NCBI GenBank assembly: GCA_958296135.2
Contig: CATQHZ020000001.1
Location: forward strand, 512,001-576,000
Direction of reading: 5' to 3'
From: an uncultured Poribacteria bacterium
Lineage (GTDB): Bacteria; Poribacteria; WGA-4E; WGA-3G
DNA length: 64,000 nt
Below the pieces are notes generated by a model. That model saw only the letters and a program-made list of their open reading frames with translations, made no database searches and was not told the DNA's origin. Made by a program: the position numbers and the translations under genes. The stretch's first letter is position 1; each line of letters starts with the position of its first letter. This document shows, in pieces, positions 58,374 through 64,000 of this stretch.

Positions 58374-59369
58374 TCAGTCGGAAGCCCGCGTTGCAATAAA
58401 AACGCGCCGGACGATGCTCAGCTTCGGGACAGGAATAATCGTCTCAATCCGATAACCCGCGTCCACCAGCGGTTGCCGCATGTCGCGAATATCAATCAAC
58501 CCGATTTTGGGTGCGCAGTGCTGCAGGTTCTCGAGAATCTCTGCATCTCGAAAGGTATCTTTGACGAGGGCAATGCCGTAGGGCAAATCAGTTGCGATAG
58601 CACTGAATTCGCCGCGAATCTCTCTTGCATCGCCTAACTGCACTTCAGCGTTGAGTCCGAAATGCGCTAGATTTTTGGTTGTCGCGCCTACCATTCGCGG
58701 GTTGATGTCGTAACCGACGGTTTTGATGCCGATATGCGCCGCGGAGAGTACGATTGTGCCTGTTCCACAACAGGGCTCAAGCAGCGTGAATTCGGCACCT
58801 GTTTCCCTCAGCGCGCTGCCCGTTGTTGCTTCGTCGGTTGAGGGCCTGTCCATCAACGTGTCGCCTGCAACTAAATTGACTAACACCTGCGCGAGCCGCG
58901 CTGGGAGGGAACTAGAAGTCACGTGTGGCCGTTGGTTATGTGCGAGCCATGCGCCATCGGATTCGGCGAGGAGCCGTCCGAACCAGATATTTTCCTGGGT
59001 GACAACGGTTAGAAAGACAACCTTTGGGTGCGTCAGGTTCGGTTTTCCGCCGATGCCCCCGCCAATTTGTCTGCCGAGTTCCATGGTGCTCATTTTAAGG
59101 TTGCGCGGCTTTTTCACAATAGATACGCGAAACGCGTCGGCGTGTAAATTGGCGGCGCGGATGTTCGCGCAGAGTTCTGCCACGCTTGTGGCCTCAAAAA
59201 GCACTTCGGTGCAGCTTTTGAGGTATGCTCCCCGGCGCGCGTCAACATACATTTCTGAGACGGCGATACCGTGTGCGTCCGGTCTGGCTGCTGTCAAGGT
59301 AAAGCATTCAGCCGTGACTAACTCCGTGAGCCGGTCTGGCATCGCCATGAGATAAAGGTATTTTCGCAT
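58374..59369 (-). CDS. THUMP-associated / Trm11-like SAM-dependent RNA methyltransferase
   Basis: SSLPARLA..LVNL, LLEPCCGTGTI, GYDIN, ATDLPYG; start set at MRKYLY. Confidence 0.8.
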   Translation of the reverse strand: MRKYLYLMAMPDRLTELVTAECFTLTAARPDAHGIAVSEMYVDARRGAYLKSCTEVLFEATSVAELCANIRAANLHADAFRVSIVKKPRNLKMSTMELGRQIGGGIGGKPNLTHPKVVFLTVVTQENIWFGRLLAESDGAWLAHNQRPHVTSSSLPARLAQVLVNLVAGDTLMDRPSTDEATTGSALRETGAEFTLLEPCCGTGTIVLSAAHIGIKTVGYDINPRMVGATTKNLAHFGLNAEVQLGDAREIRGEFSAIATDLPYGIALVKDTFRDAEILENLQHCAPKIGLIDIRDMRQPLVDAGYRIETIIPVPKLSIVRRVFIATRASD

Positions 59370-59409
59370 TTTTTGTTTTTCGCATTTTTTGTTTTTCGCA
59401 TTTTTCGTC

Positions 59410-59998
59410 TTTCGCAATGCGTTCGGCGATGGTTTCTTGCGCCGACAACGTTCACTTACCAGGCCGTCTTGACGTTGTCAAGACTTGCCTAACTGTTAAC
59501 ACGACGATTCGGTTGTCACATTTCTGTCGGTTGCGTTCGCTCTGTCGCAAACAGGGCAGAAACTGTAAAACTTGATAAAGCACCGTATGCGGATTGAGAA
59601 AATAATCGGTTCATTTTGGCGGCGGATAGAGACATCCGCTCTTACAGGCAGGTGCAGCGGGCGCGCAGACTGCCCACAGGAAAATTGTCCGATTTCATAT
59701 TTTTTGTTTTTCGCAATGCGTTCGGCGATGGTTTCTTGCGCCGACAACGTTCACTTACCAGGCCGTCTTGACGTTGTCAAGACTTGCCTAACTGTTAACA
59801 CGACGATTCGGTTGTCACATTTCTGTCGGTTGCGTTCGCTCTGTCGCAAATAGGGCAGAAACTGTAAAACTTGATAAAGCACCGTGTGCGGATTGAGAAA
59901 ATAATCGGTTCATTTTGGCGGCGGATAGAGACATCCGCTCTTACAGGCAGGTGCAGCGGGCGCGCAGACTGCCCACAGGAAAATTGTCCGATTTCATA
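59410..59998. repeat. Tandem duplication with 299-bp period of a hairpin-rich non-coding unit
   Basis: 59410-59699 vs 59709-59998 differ at two positions that I could see (59552 C/59851 T; 59587 A/59886 G); preceded by 16-bp T-rich repeats (tttttgtttttcgcat). Confidence 0.9.
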
Positions 59999-60035
59999 CT
60001 AGGTGCTTAATGGCTGCTATAGAAAGGAAGCCTTC

Positions 60036-60872
60036 ATGTCACAACTTGAGAAAATTCGGATTGGACACAGTCCGGATTCCGACGACGCGTTTATGTTTTA
60101 TGCCCTCGCCAAAGGGATGATTCCGACTGAGCCGTTTGAGATTGTCCATGTCATTGAAGACATTGAGACTTTGAACCGTCGCGCGCTTGCCGCGGAATTA
60201 GAAGTCACGGCGATTTCCGTTCACGCTTACGCCTACGTCGCAAACGATTATGTTTTCATGCCGTGCGGCGCGAGTATCGGCGATAGGTATGGGCCCCTCG
60301 TCGTTTCCAAAGCCCCGATGGCGAGCGTCGCGGGCAAGCGCGTCGCGATTCCGGGTGAAATGACAACGGCTTATTTGACGATGCGGCTCTACCAACCTGA
60401 TTTTGAGGCGGTGCCGTGCCGTTTTGATGAGATTCTCGCGACAGTCCAGCGAGGGGACGTTGACGCGGGGCTCATTATCCACGAGGGACAACTCACCTAT
60501 GAGCGCGAGGGGTTCCACAAAATCGCCGATTTAGGAGAATGGTGGGGCGACGAAACAGGGTTACCGCTCCCCCTCGGCGCGAACGTTATCCGCCGCAATC
60601 TCGGTACCGAGAAAATTCGGAAGATAACCGCGTTGCTCAAAGAGAGCATTCAGTATTCACTGACGCATCGCGAGCGCGGGCTTGAATACGCGATGCTTTA
60701 TGCCCGCGATATGGAGACGTCCCTCGCCGATAGATTCGTCGGCATGTATGTGAATGACTACACTCTCGATTACGGTGAAAAGGGCAGAGCCGGCGTGCGA
60801 GAACTGCTTACCCGCGGGCATGCGGCGGGCATTATTCCGCATCGCGTGGATGCCGATTTTGTCATGTTATGA
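60036..60872 (+). CDS. mqnD: 1,4-dihydroxy-6-naphthoate synthase (futalosine menaquinone pathway)
   Basis: IGHSPDSDDAFMFYAL, DIETLN, YGPLVVSK, GLIIHEGQLTY, DLGEWW..TGLPLPLG, MYVN. Confidence 0.9.
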   Translation: MSQLEKIRIGHSPDSDDAFMFYALAKGMIPTEPFEIVHVIEDIETLNRRALAAELEVTAISVHAYAYVANDYVFMPCGASIGDRYGPLVVSKAPMASVAGKRVAIPGEMTTAYLTMRLYQPDFEAVPCRFDEILATVQRGDVDAGLIIHEGQLTYEREGFHKIADLGEWWGDETGLPLPLGANVIRRNLGTEKIRKITALLKESIQYSLTHRERGLEYAMLYARDMETSLADRFVGMYVNDYTLDYGEKGRAGVRELLTRGHAAGIIPHRVDADFVML

Positions 60873-60882
60873 GGAACCCCCC

Positions 60883-61089
60883 ATGGATGCGAAACGCCGC
60901 AGATACTTTCAGTTAGAAGATGCCCAAGGCAAAAAACTGGCGACAGGCGTTCTCTATAACGAAGGGAACGTGCAAGTGCTGTGGCGCGCAGACATCGGTT
61001 GGACAGCGGAGCAGTATTCGTCTCTCACGCCGCTTGTGGATTTGATGCCAGGGATTGCTGTGCTCCGCCTTCAAGATGCAGAAAGTTAG
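60883..61089 (+). CDS. Small hypothetical protein (68 aa)
   Basis: GAGGA RBS, ATG 60883, protein-like composition (GVLYNEGNVQVLWRADIGW). Confidence 0.62.
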   Translation: MDAKRRRYFQLEDAQGKKLATGVLYNEGNVQVLWRADIGWTAEQYSSLTPLVDLMPGIAVLRLQDAES

Positions 61090-61283
61090 CTATCGCCGCC
61101 AGAGCGATTTAGTTTTCAGTTTTTGATGGAAACCTCCGTGAAAATCCAGACCGGTTATGCCTCTTGAAGACTGCGTGCGTTGCGCGCAAAAGCACGCCAC
61201 CTTCGTGAGCCAGATTAACTTAATTTCGTATAATGCGCGGCTCCGGCATGGGCGGCTTTTCTTCCAGCTGTCCATGCCTGTTC

Positions 61284-62159
61284 CTAACGCAGCCGCCGGT
61301 CTGCCAATTTGATAATCTCGCCGCTTTCCTGCGCGATATACAGATAGCCGAGCCCGTCCAAGACAACCCCCTCCTGCTCATCGCCGGGCAAGAGATACTG
61401 ACTCAGCATCGTGCCGTCTCGTTTGAGTTCCACCAAAAGGTTTGTCGTGTCGCTAATCAGCACGAGGCACTCGGCGCGTGCATCGTAAGCGAGCCCGGAA
61501 ATGTCAATGAAGTTCATCCGATAGAAGCGGACGATAGTGCCCTCCGCCTTTCGCGCTTGAGAGGAACGGAGCGGCACAACTACTTCGCACACGACAGAGG
61601 GTTCTCCCCGCGGCTTGAGGCTAAACGACTGGTTGCCCACCCAAAATGTGCCGCCCTCCGGATGCGTCGCGTTTGGCACAAAAACGAGTGCCTCGATGCC
61701 CATGCCGCCCTTTTTTAGCAGCTGCGCGCCCTCAAAATCCCGGGCGATGTTGAATTCTCTCTGAATCGTGAGTGTGCCCGGTTCAATTTCCAGAATCGCT
61801 TCGTCATCTTCAACAGCGGCATAGAGCAGCCCGGTGGCTGGGTTCACGGTGATGCCCTCCAAATCCCGGCCGTTTACCTGTTTTGATTGCACCAGTGTGC
61901 CATCGGTTGGGTTTACCTCATAGATACTCCCCGAATCGTCGGCGACAAATAGGCTGCGTCGCATCGGATGATAGGTGATGCCGGAGGGCTCAGCGATGCG
62001 GGCTCGGCTGATATTGCCTATCCAATGATAGGGCAGGGCAATTGGGCGCGATGCCGCGGTCTGTTTTGTCGCAGTTTGCTCCATCTGCACCAGAAAATAG
62101 ACGAGCGTGGCACTGATACCTATAATTAAAATAATCATGAGAGCTCGTTTATAGGACAT
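61284..62159 (-). CDS. SdiA-regulated (YjiK-like) beta-propeller protein
   Basis: N-terminal TM; EPSGITY, DLEGIT, GIEAL, DISGLAY, QEGVVLD..LYIAQE. Confidence 0.8.
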   Translation of the reverse strand: MSYKRALMIILIIGISATLVYFLVQMEQTATKQTAASRPIALPYHWIGNISRARIAEPSGITYHPMRRSLFVADDSGSIYEVNPTDGTLVQSKQVNGRDLEGITVNPATGLLYAAVEDDEAILEIEPGTLTIQREFNIARDFEGAQLLKKGGMGIEALVFVPNATHPEGGTFWVGNQSFSLKPRGEPSVVCEVVVPLRSSQARKAEGTIVRFYRMNFIDISGLAYDARAECLVLISDTTNLLVELKRDGTMLSQYLLPGDEQEGVVLDGLGYLYIAQESGEIIKLADRRLR

Positions 62160-62445
62160 CGGAAATCCTCCATGTTGCATCGGGCGGCTGACTAGAGGTA
62201 TTTTACCACATTTTTCTGACGGTATCCAGCAAAAAATGTCAGTACGGACGCGCCTGCGATAGGCGTGCTTAAAAAACGTGCCTACGGGGTTTGGGCGGGA
62301 TCAGTCCTAAATGGATAAAAATGATATTTTTCTTGAAAAATTTCCTATTCAATGGTATCCTAATTAATAGAACTGACGCAGGACGAGCTCCGGAGGCGTG
62401 CTTTTTAAACGCGCCTCTGGGCGGGTGCACCAAAGGAGAGGCTCT

Positions 62446-63861
62446 ATGACAAACATGCCGAGGCTAGTCGTTGAAGTCTTTGAACATGTCAATTTTCAAG
62501 GGCGGAAAGTGACGCTGATTGAATCCATTCCCAATACGGCCGAGATTGGGGCGCAAGATATTATCTCTTCGATCAAGATTTACAAGGGCCCCGGCTTCAA
62601 TGCGTCGCCGAACTATAAAGCGATTTTTCATGAGCATGAGAATTACCGGGGGCGCAGGCTTGTCCTGGCTCCGGGATTTTATCCGAACATTCACGAGATT
62701 CCTTACAACTTCGGCGATACGATTACGGCGATAAGTTTTAGTCCCTCGGCGCATCCCACACCGCCGGAGTATGGGGCAGTCCCGGTGGTGATTGAGGTAT
62801 TCCGCGATGTCGATTTCAGTGGGCAGCGGAGTGTCATCATGCGCGATGTCAGTTCCATGTTTGACATCGGTATGAACGACACCATTTCGTCGATTCGGGT
62901 GCAGCGCGGGCCGAGTTTCCCGTTTAGTGGGTGCCATGCCATCTTCTATGAACACGTCAATTTTGAGGGGCGTCGGCTGAACCTCAACCTGAGCACGCAG
63001 GAATTCCAGCTTGCGATTCGGAACCTCCGTTCGCTGCCACACTCGCAATCGTTTTCGGATATTATTTCCTCGGTGAAGATTGTGCCGCTGGGTGCCTTCC
63101 GTGTGCTGATTGTTGTCGGCGATAACCAGACTGGCGAGCCCGCCGTGTTAGAATCGCTCACTACCGTGGAGGGCTTAGAATTCCAATTGACTACGGTGCA
63201 TATCAACGACAATCCGGATAACCGTGGCGATGCCAACAACGCGGTGAGACTCTCCAGCGTCACGCTGTCTGAATACGATATTATCTGGTTTACCTGGTTT
63301 GCTACCGGCCACGATGGCGAATATTTTATCGAAGATGCCGACGCGGCAATTCAGGATTTTGTCCGGAAGGGCGGCATCGTCTGGGCCTCCGCCATGGATA
63401 ATAATATCACGCCACCTGATGGCGTGCATACCACGGAACCCAGCTGGCGCGGCGATTGGCTCCCGGTGGCGCAGCACCCCATCGATGTTATCAATGCCGA
63501 GGATTGTAACGTGCGCATCACATCCGATGGCCAGAAGACCGGCTTGTTTACCTGGCCTCATAAAATTAATGTGGATACGCTGATTACCGATGATCATTGG
63601 GTGACGAACGACGCGAGTTACCACAAATTGGCTGTCCGCGAGGACAACGACGGTGCCATCGGGGTGCAGTTGCAGTGGGGTGAAGGCTACTACGTCGGCT
63701 TCGCTGTGGATACGCGGGATGCCTACCGCACGGCGATAGCCAAACCGCTCATCGAAAATGCGCTCTGCTACTTAGCGAGTCTTGCATGGCAGACTTCGCC
63801 GCGCCAACCGCTCAAGGGACGCTACCGGACGCACCAGAGTAACTATAGACATTTTCGTTAA
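62446..63861 (+). CDS. Beta/gamma-crystallin domain protein with a C-terminal GATase-like alpha/beta domain
   Basis: Four Greek-key motifs (VFEHVNFQG..DIISSIKI; FHEHENYRG..DTITAI; VFRDVDFSG..NDTISSIRV; FYEHVNFEG..DIISSVKI); LSEYDIIWF..IQDFVRKGG. Confidence 0.82.
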   Translation: MTNMPRLVVEVFEHVNFQGRKVTLIESIPNTAEIGAQDIISSIKIYKGPGFNASPNYKAIFHEHENYRGRRLVLAPGFYPNIHEIPYNFGDTITAISFSPSAHPTPPEYGAVPVVIEVFRDVDFSGQRSVIMRDVSSMFDIGMNDTISSIRVQRGPSFPFSGCHAIFYEHVNFEGRRLNLNLSTQEFQLAIRNLRSLPHSQSFSDIISSVKIVPLGAFRVLIVVGDNQTGEPAVLESLTTVEGLEFQLTTVHINDNPDNRGDANNAVRLSSVTLSEYDIIWFTWFATGHDGEYFIEDADAAIQDFVRKGGIVWASAMDNNITPPDGVHTTEPSWRGDWLPVAQHPIDVINAEDCNVRITSDGQKTGLFTWPHKINVDTLITDDHWVTNDASYHKLAVREDNDGAIGVQLQWGEGYYVGFAVDTRDAYRTAIAKPLIENALCYLASLAWQTSPRQPLKGRYRTHQSNYRHFR

Positions 63862-64000
63862 TCGTCAAGCCGGATGCCGTAGTACGGTGGGCTTGTTCCC
63901 CCACATTCGTTTCCAAAGACATGGAAGAAAAGACAACCACATTAGCCAAGTCACAGCTGACCAACCGCTAGGAAGAACAAAAAATGCGTTTCATTGCTGT

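Noticed and set aside
58800-58870. Extra segment DRPSTDEATTGSALRETGAEF in the methyltransferase as another REP insertion
   Set aside because: Only a 12-nt match (gagggcctgtcc) with no GTAG; too weak to call without ortholog alignment.
59578-59615. Group II intron domain V look-alike (gcaccgtatgcgg)
   Set aside because: No complementary 3' arm with the catalytic bulge, no domain VI and no RT gene.
1-64000. tRNA, rRNA or RAYT transposase genes
   Set aside because: None recognised by eye; the enzyme presumed to mobilise the REP-like repeats is not in this window.

Overview
A GC-rich bacterial window. The gene content strongly suggests Candidatus Poribacteria or a relative (inference): WD40/LRR proteins with a dockerin and an 'LLxNYPNPFNPETWIPY' C-terminal domain, a LamG protein ending 'VEPxGKxATTWGxLK', and five PhyH dioxygenases. 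Housekeeping genes: recG (3' end), smc, comF, L-rhamnose isomerase, ftsH, folP, acpS, yigZ, mqnD. Accessory loci: a tyrosinase / small protein / animal-type heme peroxidase cluster; two mosaic tandem antitoxin-PIN toxin pairs; two polymorphic cassettes sharing promoter and N-terminus; an operon of two DUF4252-like/Omp85 fusions flanking a membrane-anchored PA14 protein plus DUF4159; an ABC-ATPase + TOPRIM (DUF4276-like) pair; and a transposase-less IS607-like element with an intact TnpB and a pseudoknotted 5' leader. The most striking unannotated signal is a set of GTAG-type palindromic (REP-like) repeat families. They form intergenic arrays, carry interchangeable hairpin modules at one fixed position, and have entered protein-coding genes in frame (WD40 protein, comF, smc, rhamnose isomerase, an Omp85 protein). 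One family also seems to supply gene starts and forms one end of a duplicated 299-bp structured unit. Family assignments come from motif recognition by eye; no database searches were run.
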